In this document: in pieces, positions 36,050 to 49,451 of the stretch
Position numbering within the stretch: the stretch's first letter is position 1
How the letters are laid out: every line of letters begins with the position of its first letter
Source: Botryllus schlosseri
Lineage: Eukaryota
Assembly (NCBI GenBank): GCA_051294905.1
Contig: CM119373.1
Span: 2,854,001 to 2,918,000, forward strand
Reading direction: 5' to 3'
DNA: 64,000 nucleotides
Program-made: the position numbers and the translations under genes
Notes under the pieces: model-generated
Seen by the model: the letters and a program-made list of their open reading frames with translations, nothing else
The model's database searches: none
What the model was told of the DNA's origin: nothing

Positions 36050-38315
36050 GACGTTGTAGAAAGAGCATATTCAGCAATGCATTTATACCTATTGTTCACC
36101 GTACATATTGGAATTGATGTAAATAATTTAGTATTGATTAGGGTTACCATATGAATATGTCCTCTTTTTGAAGAATTTGTCCTCTTTTTCTAGAAAAGTG
36201 TGTTAAAATGCGATCGAGTTGGCAAAACAATCATAGAAAAATACGACACAACTGGTACTTTGGGAATAGAAATGGGAAATATGACCTTTAGTCAACACGA
36301 CGGAAGTGGGGAAAGCGGGCCGGGAATTGAGTCGGAAAGATGACCTTTTTTTCTTTTCCGGTACTACAGCTTTCAGAATTTTTGAAATGTGCCCTCTTCT
36401 TCGGATATAAAAATAAGATAACCGTAATATTGATGCTACACAACTACCAATTACTACGCTATAGCGATAATATATCTATTAGATGTGTATATATTATGCT
36501 GCTTTACTGTGTTTACATAATCATCGTATTGCCTAATTAGTTCGTTAGAATATTTTTGGCTTCTACACAATGTATAGTCGAAGAGAAAATAATCCAGCCA
36601 ATGATAGTATTACATAAAATATATGCTATTTCATATAGTGTAATAAAATCTCTTCACTTGTCGCTAGAAATTATTGTCAGATTATTCGGGTGCTGGACGC
36701 CTGGACGCCTGGTTTACATTGGTTACATAGGAATATTTACATGTTTACACTGACCAAAATATTAATTCCCAAAATATACAATCTATGCCACAGACGCTAT
36801 AAAACGCGCTTCTGTCAGCATTTGCAGTTATAGTAATTTAAATTAGCTAATTAAATTAGCATAGTGAAGCGATTGGATTACAATAGAGAACGATCGAAGT
36901 ATTTCCGCCACAAAACGTCGTCGGAACCAAATCTTCCGTATATATAGTACAAATTTTGAGCGTGTGATTATGCCCCCTCGCCAACAATACGATGAATAAT
37001 AACCAGGCCGTGTTATTTTTGGCATTTCAAGAGCCAGATGCCAAAACTGCCAAAAACAAAATTTGAAAATGCCCAAAATAAGCAATATTTACGCTTCATA
37101 ACTAGTAAGACTCCAGAGCTCACATCAACAGAATGGCAGTCTGAAATGAAATATCCTACGGTGCAGACTCATTTTAATTGCTAAATTGCCATCAGCCTAC
37201 GGACACAACATTATCCTGTTTAGAGACGTTTTTTGGGGGATAGTGGAAAATAAGTTGGATGAGTAAGTGTTTAGAAAATGTTTACAAAAGGCCATTTCTC
37301 TCGCGATATATAATACCTTTTTTCCAAAATAACTTCAAGATTAGCTGCTAGATCAGTGGTTCTCAAACCGAAGGGCTCACCCCCCTTGGGGGCGTGAAAG
37401 CATCTGAAGAAGGGCGCGAAGCTGCGGCCAACTGACAGTTGTTTCTCGCTCCTTGCGGTTTACCTCCAATTCATGGTTGTTGCCCTAGGTATAGTCCGAA
37501 ATTCATATTTGAGAACTCTCTCATCAACAGTGATAACTTTCCATGCCATCAAACTATCCCCTGCGATTGCTAGCACTCTGGTTTTATTTTGTGATATGAC
37601 GATAAGGGGGCGCGAAATGTTTCACTATCATAATGGGGGGCGTGTTTAAAAAAAGTTTGAGAACCACTGTGCTGACTAGGCTTGACAATATATGTTCATT
37701 AAAAAAATGTTTGCCAATGTTGGTGCCATATTTGTTGCGATTATGTGTCGTATGAAGCGTAACGCGCTATTATTACATTTGCCACCACCTATACTGTGGA
37801 GATGGATTTTCGGCACTCGCTAATATCCATTCGAAGGCGCGGATTTCCAAGACACAACCATGTATTTCAAGAAATGCAATCGCAGAATTCGCTTTGAAAT
37901 AACAAAAGTCAGTTGACACAATCTCTACATAGATAATATTTGCAAGTAAATTAATTTTGTTGCTGTTTATCACTGAGTCTGCAGTCATGAGGTCAAATGA
38001 CGATTGCATGATAATTGAGCTAAATTTGAACTAAAACATTCTGGGGGTCCGCGGGGGTCGAAACGGTCCGACAGGGGTCCGCGAAGACAAAAAGGTTGAG
38101 AACCACTGATCTATTTAGAGGACGATGCCAAAACTGCCAAAAATAAAAATCGAAAAATGCCAAAAATAACGCGGCCTGATAATGACGGATCAATAATATA
38201 TTTGACTTTTGTCTGTGTCTGAATTTTGCATAGTCCATGATCCCGAACTCTGAACAGTGGCTGAATCTCTACACGGTAGACTATATTGGCGTATGTCTTA
38301 TTGAGACGTACCCTA
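36050..38315 (+). repeat. Duplicated block V, copy 2 (with insertions)
   Basis: Aligns to 10110-10955 once MITEs are removed. Confidence 0.78.
37004..38178. mobile_element. hAT-type element with nested MITE (37354-37669)
   Basis: TIR caggccgtgttattttt...aaaaataacgcggcctg; TSD ataataac/ataatgac; empty site at about 10825. Inner element cagtggttctcaaac...gtttgagaaccactg. Confidence 0.85.
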
Positions 38316-38744
38316 CCCGCAACCTACATCGCTGACGACTTTTGACACATAGAAATTTGGCACATCAGGGCTGTTTAATTTAATTTAATTCCATTCAAAT
38401 TAATCAGAATATAAAGTTCGGATAATTTCCACACATGAAAAATATAATATTATCAGAGATGTTGGGAAACTGTGAAAGTATGGAAACAAATATCATATAT
38501 GGTATAGAAGAATGTTGCTATGGAATGGGAAATTGCAAGTATGGTATGGAACGATTAAGGAATTCAGGAACATTTTTGGCCGCATTAGTTGACTGTAATG
38601 AATGCAGACAGTCTTTCACCATACCTCCACGTATCGAAGGCTTATACGGGCGCTTCGAAACTGCAGTACAGCCCCATCTTTAGAAAACCAAAAAAATGGC
38701 TTTCTTCAAATAAAAACAAAGTTGGAGGAATGGAGAGAGAGAAA

Positions 38745-38995
38745 GAGATATGGTATTCTTTTTAGCCTGCACCATCGAGATGCTTTGACGCCGGAGATGC
38801 GATACGGCCTTTATAGTAAGGTCATCTAGTCTGCACACCCGGGTTTTTTCTCCTTCATGCTATCCGTGATTGCTGAGCGCCTAGCGGGAAAGCCGCGGAT
38901 ACCAGTTTTCGAGTCTCTGGTCTGACCCGGCCGGGGACCGAACCCACGACCTGCCGATCGAGAAGCCGGACGCGCAAACATCACAGTATCTCGCT
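38745..38995 (-). mobile_element. tRNA-derived SINE (different family)
   Basis: Reverse strand contains gtcgtgggttcggtccccggccgggtcagaccagagactcgaaaactggtatcc, a B-box followed by a SINE core. Confidence 0.65.
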
Positions 38996-39679
38996 CGGTA
39001 GTGGTGTAGATGGAAAATTATTAGCAAGAGATAAAAAGCTTTACACCGTGATAAATGAACTACAGAAATCCATTGAACAGCTCTAATGTCACTATTGTCT
39101 ATCGCCCGACAATATTCGTAATATACCAGCGAGATGGGATTACTTTTTGATTAATTGCTCTCGTAAAGTTGTTTCGACAACGTCCTATTTCTTCAACTGT
39201 TCATAGTAACGAGCGTAAACTGTATAGCTTTGAATCGGATGAATATACTGGTAAAATCGGTTTACAGTTATTAGGATTAATTGCTTTGAGACGGCAACGG
39301 CCACGAACGCGAGGGCTCGTCGGTCAAAAGCAAGTACGCCCGATCAACAACGCTCTTATAGAGAGTTGTAGTCGTAATTTTGGCTACTTCTGAATTATTT
39401 CTTTTGCAAATACGTATCGCTTCTTCGTAATACATGAATGTCTTTGAAATTTCCATCCAGTAGCATCCTTCCGTTGCATTGATATGGCATTGTTCTAAAT
39501 TTGCAGAAATAAATTACAGAACCAATTTAGTAGTATAAATTGAAAATGTACAGGTACATTTGACAGTAGATGTATGTGGAGTAGTGGTTCTCAATCCGGG
39601 CTCGATCGAGCCCCAAGCTTTCACTAAGTTACTTTCGGGAGTTTGGCGAACTAGTGGTAGCCTACGTGATGCATAAAAA

Positions 39680-40245
39680 TTCATATATTCATGCCAATCA
39701 ACGACTGCTTCGCTTATGAAGGCGTGCGTCGAACTATGTAATAACCGATATTCCCAATCGGACAAGTCACAACAATATAAGGAATGTTTTCCAGCCGTTT
39801 ACAACAGAGAAGACGTGAATGGACTACCGAAAAGGTATCAAAAGATAATGTTCCGACTACAAACCGGACATTGCGGATTACAAGCGCACCTATTCAAATT
39901 GGGCATAGCAGATTCGGCCAATTGCTCAACGTGCCGTCAAGAAGAGAGTGTCACCCATTATTTATTGACATGTCGAAGTTACAGACACCAGAGAAGAGTT
40001 CTCGAGAACACGGGTCGGAGAAAGAATATCATTCCCACCGTAACAAACTTGTTGACTGACGCGCATATTTTCCCATGCATTGTTGAATTTGTTCTCGCTA
40101 CGAAGCCAATTTTGTATTGTAATGTCCACCCGTAGATGTTAAATGCTCTTTTGGATATGGCGAACACAACCATTCGAGTTATAATTCGCCAATCAAATAA
40201 TCATCATCAACAACGACGACGACGACGACGATGACGACGACGTGA
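39680..40245 (+). mobile_element. 5'-truncated non-LTR retrotransposon 3' end (I/Nimb-like ORF2 CCHC tail)
   Basis: RLQTGHCGLQAHLFKLGIADSANCSTCRQEESVTHYLLTCRSY, followed by a short UTR and a (cat/caa/cga)n tail. Confidence 0.85.
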
Positions 40246-41436
40246 CGACAAAATTGAACATTCGTGATGTCGCCGTGGCACGATAGGATTCGTCCTGTGC
40301 TCCCTATTTACTGTGTTAAGAAACTACCGTGATTTTTACAGTCCGCATTTACCATGCCTGTAGCTGGACCCTTGGGTCACGGTGCGATCAGTCCATGCCG
40401 CGATCTGATCATCACAAATCGACTATCGACCAAATATCCAACAGTTCAAAATTCTATTTTTGTGCTCTCCGGCGGCATCTGACCCGCCAGGAATCGCGAT
40501 TTAATAATCATGAAGGAAATTCTAACGTCCGCGTTTTACAATTAAATAACATGAATTCCTCACAACGCATAACGCAGGGCTAAAGTCAGAGTACTACTAA
40601 ATCTGGTTTAGCGGTTTGTTACTGCATTCAACCGACTAATCGTTGTATTTTAGGCAATTCCGTTGTTTGCAAATAAATGTTTTGCTGGAATAGAACTCCT
40701 TTGATCCCTATTATAATATTATATGCTTTGATGTATATAGAGGTTTCATAATAAATTATTGAAATGAAACACACTGTAATAAACCCTCCTGTATATCCAA
40801 TCTACATGTTTTCCTGTACATTGGCGACCGAGACTGTAAACGTCCGTGTAAATCGGGATTAGATGCCAGCTTGTAAATTCACATAAATCCATACCTATCG
40901 CAAACCAACGCGATGCTAAACTATCGCAACAGTTTCTTCACACTCCCAAAACGACATTGGAACAAACTGTATATTCATTCATGACTCAGATGAAATGGTT
41001 ATCGATGGAAAAGTATTGCTGCTGGAGGTCTAATTCTTCTTTAGGAAGCATGCCGTAACAGGAGTGGTCTCACGACAAGATGAATTAATTCCACTATCGG
41101 CTAAACTTCCAATTGTTTCTTTTTCTCGTCCTCGTGCATTCCTTCTGTGTAACTAGTATCTTGCAGTTCCACTAAAAAGAATTCATGGGTAAGTCGCGAT
41201 ATTGAGCAAAGTTCGTAACCTAGACATGATATTATGAAGACTAAGACAAATAGGTAAGGGTTGCCATATTTGAGTTTCACAAATTTCGGGCGCTCTTCAG
41301 CGCCCACTAGCGGATTTCAAAATGAGGTATGACCACATTGTCGTTCAATATGATTTCACGCCAGCAAACCTTTGTCTATCGACTAGAAGTGGTCACGATC
41401 CGGTTCAGGAGTATGTGGTTGGGTGTTAAATTGTAA

Positions 41437-42350
41437 CCAGCGCCGAAGCCACCTTTTTTCAGCCCCCTCCCGTCCAAATAACACTGCTCTTGGGCCCACC
41501 GTAGGGCAATCGGTGCTACTTCCGGGGGCTTACTATATGCATCTGTTCGTTAAATGATTTGAATGAATTATGTCAATAATATTATTTCTTCCATATATTA
41601 CTATACAATTTTGCTCCTCTCTCCGCCCACATGATCAGAGTTGGCGATAGAGCTGGTGGGGGATGATTACTTGCTGAATGCAGGGAACGTAATTGTACAA
41701 GTACATCGTAAAGTCATGTTCATGTCACACGGTTACGACTATTTAGCAGCCTAACTGCCGGTCCGCACCAGCAGGTTGCACATCCGGAGGTTTTCAACCT
41801 TTTATGATCGCGACTCCGTTTCGAATTTGAAAATGTTCCGTGGTCCAGCTGAAAACTTGATAAGCTGATTACTAAAAAACGGCCAGCACCTTTGCCCAGA
41901 CTTACTCACGGCCTATTTTGGAAGCTGATTACGTTCAACATATTCGCGAACTTCAGAATAGAGGCAAACTACCCCCAGGTTTACTACCACTATTTTTGCA
42001 TAAAGCATCCAAACGGCGTAAACCGACTCAATCTTGTAATTGCGATTATAATTCGACTTATTTTTGTAAATGAATGTTAGTTTTATCTATTTTTAATCGC
42101 AATTTTTGCGAGGGTGGTATTCCCCATATTAAAACGAATACTTATGGTAGGCTACTAAATCACGCGCAGCCACGAAGATAAATTTCATGTAGCATAAGTC
42201 TGCCCAAAAATAATATTGTTTATGTTGATTTACGAAAATATTATGAGCTTACTTCAAGCCTTCAAAATTCCGGACATTTAGGCATATTTTAGAAATTCCA
42301 CCAGGACGCAGTTTTAACAGTGAAATTCCGGACGTATGGCAACCCTAAAA
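41437..42350 (+). repeat. Duplicated block W, copy 2
   Basis: Aligns to 5687-6341 plus 7734-7970. Confidence 0.85.
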
Positions 42351-45300
42351 TAGGCGAAAAAAATATAACAATTTTTGATGTACCAATACTTGTACATTGT
42401 GTGATGACGGATCCGCATTTTATATGATATAGCAGAGATTCATGACTTACTTTATCTCTAATGTATTGAAGCAAAAGGTTCCTCATTTGAGGGGGCATGT
42501 GCGCCAAACATATCCAGCAGTGGATGAAAACATATCTATGCTATGGCCCGATAAATGACATTACCAAGCCAACAGTTTCAACTCCTCCGCGGCGGAGTAT
42601 GTCGTGTCACAGGTCACTATATAAGTCGACTAATGGCCCGAAATAGAACAGAGAATGCGGCGAATGAAATATTTCAATCATGAAATCAGAGTCAGTCGGG
42701 TGGTGTGCGCAGTCGTAGATATTCACGGTAAGAAATAATGTGTAGTAGGCTACTGTACCTTTCACGATGTGTATCTCGTTCATCATTCGCAGAAATCTTC
42801 AACGATCGTGTCCACTTCCTGCACAAGTTTCGCACCACCCTTTGCTCAAAGCACTCAGACGACACTCGGACGATTCCGAAGTAAGTGATATTCATATGCT
42901 CACATATGCCACCAATAATATTTACTGACCAAGTTATAATGTTTAATCTTGGTAAGGGGTTCTCAACCTTTTTGTAGACATGCCCCCCTTTATGATAGTG
43001 AAAAATTTCGCGCCTCATTTATCGTCATATCACAAAATCTAACCGGGATGCTAGCAACCTCAACATATTGTTTGATGGCATGGAAGGTTATGACTGTTGA
43101 TGAGTGAATTATAAATTATATGAAATTCGGTCTATATATAGAGATACACGCGTAGCGCGAAATTTTATATCAGTTGGCCGCTTCTTCGCACCCCCTGCTG
43201 ATGCTTTCACCCCCCCCCCCCCCGTTCTTTCGCCGTTCTTTCATAGAGAAGCATTTATCAACACACATAGTCCCTTTCTTTTCCATCTGATTTTTTAACT
43301 TATGAGCCCTATACGTGACAACGAATCTAACAAGCGAGGCCGGCGTGTAGCCATAGCCTTATAATATAATATAATGACTTTGGTGTAACCCAGTGATTCA
43401 CAAGCGCGGCCACCAGCTAGCCTTCTTGCGTCCCCCAAAAATATATAAAGAAATTGATTTATGACGAAAAATAAAATTTATATTTATAAAATACTCTTGC
43501 TTGGCTTGGAGTCTGGAGCTTTTAATTAGGATTGTAGGAAAGTTGTAAAGCTAACGTTACATCACTGCTGTGTCAATGCAATGTGCTCTAACCTTCCTGT
43601 TGAACGAGCAGTAGCTATAGATATAGGTATTGATAACTAATCTACGGATAGATGTGCAACACGTGACTCACGGTTGAATATGCCGAGATGGTGACTGCTT
43701 AGCCGGCAAAAAGCAGCATACCGTCAGGGTTGTAAATTTTAATGACTCGAGTCATGACTCGACTCTAGTCACGATTTTCTGATGAATCGAGACTTGACTC
43801 GAGTCATTTTCTCAAAATACGTAAATGACTCGAACCAAGTCATATGACCCGAAACTCAGACGGTCAAGACCGACATTTCATTGTAATTTCGATGAATAGT
43901 AATGTAACTACCACATTGGCATTTCGTCTATTGGTACTGGTACTTGAAAATGAGACCAGAAACTGCTATAAGTGAGGCAAATTAGTCTATCATAAATGCG
44001 AACCATTCGATATCGCTAAACAGTTTTATTAAAAGTGGGTTTAACAATACTTTAACAGGATACCGACCAGTCAATACAATGAGTCGCACTCGAGTCATAA
44101 TACCATGACTCGGACTCGATCGACTCGACGAATTGAAATCTGGCGAATACAATAAAACTAGTTTGGAATAGCCACCAAAGGTCGATTGTTCCGAACAATG
44201 GGAGCGCAGCAACACAATGACCTAAACAATGGCCAATAGCGTCAAAGCGATTGATCGGAACAACGCCAATTTTCATATTTTGGGTCCGTTTCATTGCCCT
44301 GGTATTCGTGCGGCCCCGACCATAGTCTGAAATTCTAAATTTGACCCTGACACCGAAAAAGGTTGGGAACCACTGGTGTAACCACATTAGCTTGTCAGTT
44401 GTTTCTTGTACCGTACTATATGTACTATACTGAAATTCGTACTAGGGTCAACCATTTCCGTATGACCCACCCCTGTCTCGCGAACGAGGTTGAATCAGGT
44501 CAAATCACCACGAAAATAAAATATCAGTAACATTCAGTTCCACGTGTACATTGGCTGCAGCGATTTGGAAGCTAATCAATTTTGACTTGACTTGGCAATT
44601 AAATTAGGGTAATGTTACATATCAAAATATAAAATTACAAGCTACGCACAGTTAGTGGCTGCGACCTGTAGACCCTAATTTGTTGTAAAATTTACAGAGA
44701 TTTCTTTGATGAGCTTCTTAAAGGTACAGAACTTCAGTATGGTATATTCACAGAATAGAATAGAATAGAATAGTATATTCATATTGAAATGAACTCGAAT
44801 ATTTTCGACTGACACTCGTCGCAGGGGTAATCGTCAGCAACTAGTAGAGAATAAGAAAGAACATTGTATATCAACAATCGTATCATAAAATATGACGTCA
44901 CCAGCATGAAACTTCGAATTACAGAGCGTTCAGTGCGCTATTCCTAGGTGGTACACGAACTCCTTCTGTTGACAGAGTTTCTTTGTAAATCTACCAGATT
45001 TTTTACAGTGCACAGGGCTTGGGTTTTAAGGTAAAATTTGGGAATCATTTTGCTGGTCCGACCCGCAAGCGATCTGAAGGTTTGGATCCGGTCCTCACTC
45101 AGGTTGAATTCGACACCCCTGTCTCATACCCTATCGCCCGGATCTTTACACGCATAAACCATTTGATGTGTGTCAGTGGCAAGACAGACTCAAAAGGGAC
45201 ACATCGTCAACGGAACTGCGTAAAATGTGTTTGATGAAAAATTAGAAATGTAATTTCACGGCAGTTATTTGTTAGGTTTACTTTTAAATGAGTCACCATC

Positions 45301-45720
45301 TCATTGATGTTTTTTACAGTTCCTATTCTAACCCAAAATCGGGTCAATGTATCCATATAATTCGCATGTTTTCCAATCAATTCTTGTGTAACGGTGGATT
45401 ACTTCACCAACTTATTATCTGGGTGCAGCAGCATGAGTTAGGAAAAGTGGGCGAAATTTGAGTATTTGAGATCATGCGTCATCAATCCCGGGTACCGGCT
45501 TGGGGCCAAGGATTTGATTGAGCACGGGTTTTTATTGGTACGTGAATATTCTTTAGAAACGGCCTAGATTTCCAGATATGTTCAGAGAATGTAGCGCCTG
45601 GACTGAAGTGCTTAATGAACAAAAGTTTTGCTGTTCTCTGCTCGTGTGCGGAAGAGCATTTCGTATTTTTCAGTCACACTTCGCCGTTAGTGCCCTATCT
45701 ATGAATCAACTATATCAGTG

Positions 45721-45987
45721 GCGAGATAGCGCAGTGGTATAATCCGCGGCTGCAACACCAATGGGTGCGGGTTCGAGTCCGACCGAGGTCGACTTCCGAA
45801 TTCCGATACCTAAGTGTTGGAGGTTTACCTAGGCTCCTCCTCGCCACATCATCCGCGTCAGCGGTGTCTTACAAAAGCCTAGAGGTGGGCCGTGCTATAA
45901 GTCGGCAGTTACGGAAAATAAAAAGAATATCGGCCTGGTGTAAATGACCATAGTAGTCGACAAACACCATGAATACCACAAACCAAC
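45721..45987 (+). mobile_element. tRNA-derived SINE with 14-bp TSD
   Basis: A-box tagcgcagtgg, B-box ggttcgagtcc, (aacc)n tail; perfect TSD caactatatcagtg; related 3' end at about 63265-63372. Confidence 0.9.
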
Positions 45988-48659
45988 CAACTATATCAGT
46001 GCTTTGCAACCTGAGTGACGGTTCGCACTTGGCGAATGAAAAAAATTGCAGCGCGAATGACGAAGGTGGTGCGAATGAAAATCCGGATGACTGCGAATGA
46101 AAATCGTGAATAATTGTTAGTTTTTCTGACGTGGAATAATTCCAATGAACCTGATAGTAATTTCAAGGGCAGTGTAAGTGTGCGACGCAATTGTAAAATC
46201 TTGTTTAACTTACGACTAATCGTAGCTCTCAAAAGCCGTAGTGAATTAATATTTTGCACTATAATTATAGCGTAACCCAAAAACCTGGTTTGTAATCTGG
46301 TGTAGTTGCAGACATACAGTATGTCAGTTCGTCTGAGTATGCGACATGCGACAGGCTGAAAAAATGACTTTCTGCTTTTTTCGCTAAACAATCATCATAT
46401 TTTCGAAATAACTGTTCGATTGGCGCGAGGCGCGAGGATAGTAGTAAATACCATCATTACAGAATCACATTTGCAAGTTACTGTAACGCAAGGGTTATTG
46501 AAGTATGGACAGCAAAGCAGAGCTTTGAGAGTCGGAGCAAGGAGCCTGAGTCACGGAGCCGAGTATTTTCAACGCAGCCGGGGCTCTAAATAAAATTCTG
46601 ATGGAGCCGGAGCCGGAGCTGGAGCCGGTTGTTGGAAAGGTAGCTCCGTTCCAATGTATTTTATTAGCTGCTATGCTAATACTTTTGGCTGAATTCACAA
46701 AAATTTTCAGTAATCGTTCAAAAAATTAAAAATCATCGCCTCGTGGCGCCCCTTTTTGAACTTAACATGTTCAAATTGTTCATATAGAACGCGCTAAACC
46801 CGGGTATACGAGATATGCCGTGTAATACTGTATTCTGGGACGTGGTTATTCGTCATACCCGCAATTTCGTCATCAGCACGACACTGATGGTCAATGGAGC
46901 GGTTCCAAAAATATGAGCAAATGTGAGAAGAGCAAATTAATTAGTGAGTAATTAGCCAGTACTTTTCATTAAATTATGCATTCTTGTCATCCATTGGGGT
47001 TGCGGTATAGTATGATCAGGAATAACTAACAAACAACAAACACCGGTACGTTCAAGTAAAATAAGTAATTAAGGTGTTACTACCTGTTGTGAAAAACAAG
47101 TTAGTGGTAAGCGATGGGAAAAAGTTTGAGAAACACTGAATTCGACGAAGCGATGTCAGATGATGAACGTGACCTTGCTGCACTTGCACCGCACGCCGTC
47201 TACTCTCTGAATTAGACGAGCAAATGCCCGTTCTTTGGTGATAGCTTTTTAATCATGCCGCGAAATTCAACAGTGTGTTATTGTGTGTGCCTGCGAATTG
47301 GAATTGTATCCTGCGCATGATAGTGTATTGCTGTAAGGATATGCGAACGTAAATAGAGAAACGCATCCCGAAACTCCGTTTAGTCTGCGAACAATTTTCG
47401 CGATGCGGGCTAGTCAATTCGATGCCCCAACCCCAATGTCCCAACCCCATGGTGTTGTATATAATAGAGAGGAATTACTGATTGAATGCGCGCATTCCCG
47501 TATATGTAATCATCTGTTTTGTGCATTTATTCTTGTATGCTTGAAACAGTATTCCTGAATTGTCACGCAATGAACGTGTATAGTTTAATTTGTTAATGAC
47601 ACGGTGTACTGCACACCAGATTATCAGTAGAACTAGCTCTGCAAATAAATCGGTTCTTTTGAAGGGAAACTTTCTATATTCCAGTTAACTTGATCGACAC
47701 GGGACGAACTGGTAACGATCGCATCAATATCGAATTTCAACCCATTGGGTATTTGGTAGAAAGCGAATTTCTGGTCGCTACAAGCGCTCATGTTGCGCTT
47801 GCTGCAATTACGCTTGAACAATCCCACATTTTCAAGATTACAGTCAACTATATGGCTTGATATGAGCAAGTGCAACGCCAACGCCAGTATTGAAACGTCG
47901 CGTTAGTGTTTTGATGTGGTACGCAGCAATGCCTTGGAGTGAGTTCTCATGCGACTATGACGTTTCGGTCCATTCGTCAGTTTACGGAGCCGGAGCGTTA
48001 TTATATAAAGTTGCGTGCTATAGACTCTGTGTATAGATTCAGTATATAATAGGTTTAGGAGGATTTGTTCTCTTTTTTTACTTTTTTGAAAGTGTTCTCG
48101 GAGGACGCCTAAATTACCTATTTTTTTTAGAATTTTGGTTAAACGTAAGTGGAAATTGGACCGACATATACGAAATCAACGGCCAAATAATCGTCAGAGG
48201 GGTTTACCCAGACTTGTGATGAAATTCAGAATCTACTCCGTTCTACCTACGGCTTGAGATTCTTATTACTTACACTTGACAAACACCAGTACAACACACA
48301 CAGCAGAGTATATTACAGCGGACCTGTTCATACAGCGAGCGACGTATCGTACTACCACGAGGTAAGCCAGAATAAAACCAATTATACCCGAGTATCAAAG
48401 CATTAACTTGAACGTACACGAGAAACCAGAACACTTTCAATATGAGTCGTTCTCACTCATGCAGGGAGACTAGTGGTTAGCTATCAAAGTTCCAGAATAT
48501 TCCAAACACTAGTACAGTATACAACGAATACACAACATGTACAATATATACAACAGTTTAACAATGTCTCATGCAACATGAAAATCATCATTTTCAACAA
48601 CTTGAGCCAGAAAATGACCTTTTTTTAGTCAACCGACCATGAAGTGGGTAAAATGATTG

Positions 48660-49152
48660 AGGATTTTAGTATATATTTAGTATAAAGATAACGAAAAAGT
48701 AACGATAAAATTGTAAATAGCATGTAAGTATAGGTCTATAGTGAAAGAAAAACTGGATATATTATGTGCAACGGGAAAGCGACGGGTAAGAACGTGTGGT
48801 ATTAATTGAAGCAGTCTATAAATGTAGCCGCTAGTAGCCTGTGGTTTGCATAGAACACACAAATAATATCTACTCGAGCAGTCAAAATGAATTATGATGT
48901 ACCATTTTTCAGGATTTTAGTATATATTAGTACATATTTAGTATAACGATAACGAAAAAGTAACGACAAAATTGCAAATAGCATTTAGGTATAGGCCTAT
49001 AGTGAAAGAAAAACTGGATATATCATGTGTAACGGGTAACGGGTAAGAACGTGTGGTATTAATGGAAGCAGTCTATCAATGTAGCCGCTAAGTAGCCTGT
49101 AGTTTGCATAGAACAAACAAAGAATATCTACTCGAGCAGTCAAAATGAATTA
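48660..49152. repeat. Diverged ~250-bp tandem duplication
   Basis: aggattttagtatata...ctactcgagcagtcaaaatgaatta occurs at 48660-48894 and 48911-49152. Confidence 0.9.
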
Positions 49153-49451
49153 GAAGACCGAATTTCGACCATACTAGAGGTGAGAAAATAACGGCCTGGC
49201 CATATTGGATTCGTACGACCGGCCACGAGAAAATCGTTTTCTCGTGGATTTTCATATTGTGCCCTGACCGCGAGGTGGCGTTATGAAGCCCTATTCCTTT
49301 CTCCTCTTTTCGAAACCTTTGAAAAATCGATCACCGCGAGAAGGCGCTATGAAATTTGAGTCAATACAGTCATACGTCGGCGTGACGTCACACTCATACG
49401 AAAGGGATGATCCTTTTGAAGTGTGACGTCACAGATCCACAAAAGTTAAGT

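Noticed and set aside
45721..45795. Functional tRNA gene
   Set aside because: A and B boxes are present but followed by a SINE body, a simple-repeat tail and a 14-bp TSD; the same applies to 28225 and 22416.
47633..47881. Possible THAP-domain relic (NCSKRN...FAFYQIP)
   Set aside because: Key C2CH residues and the conserved Trp cannot be aligned without a search.
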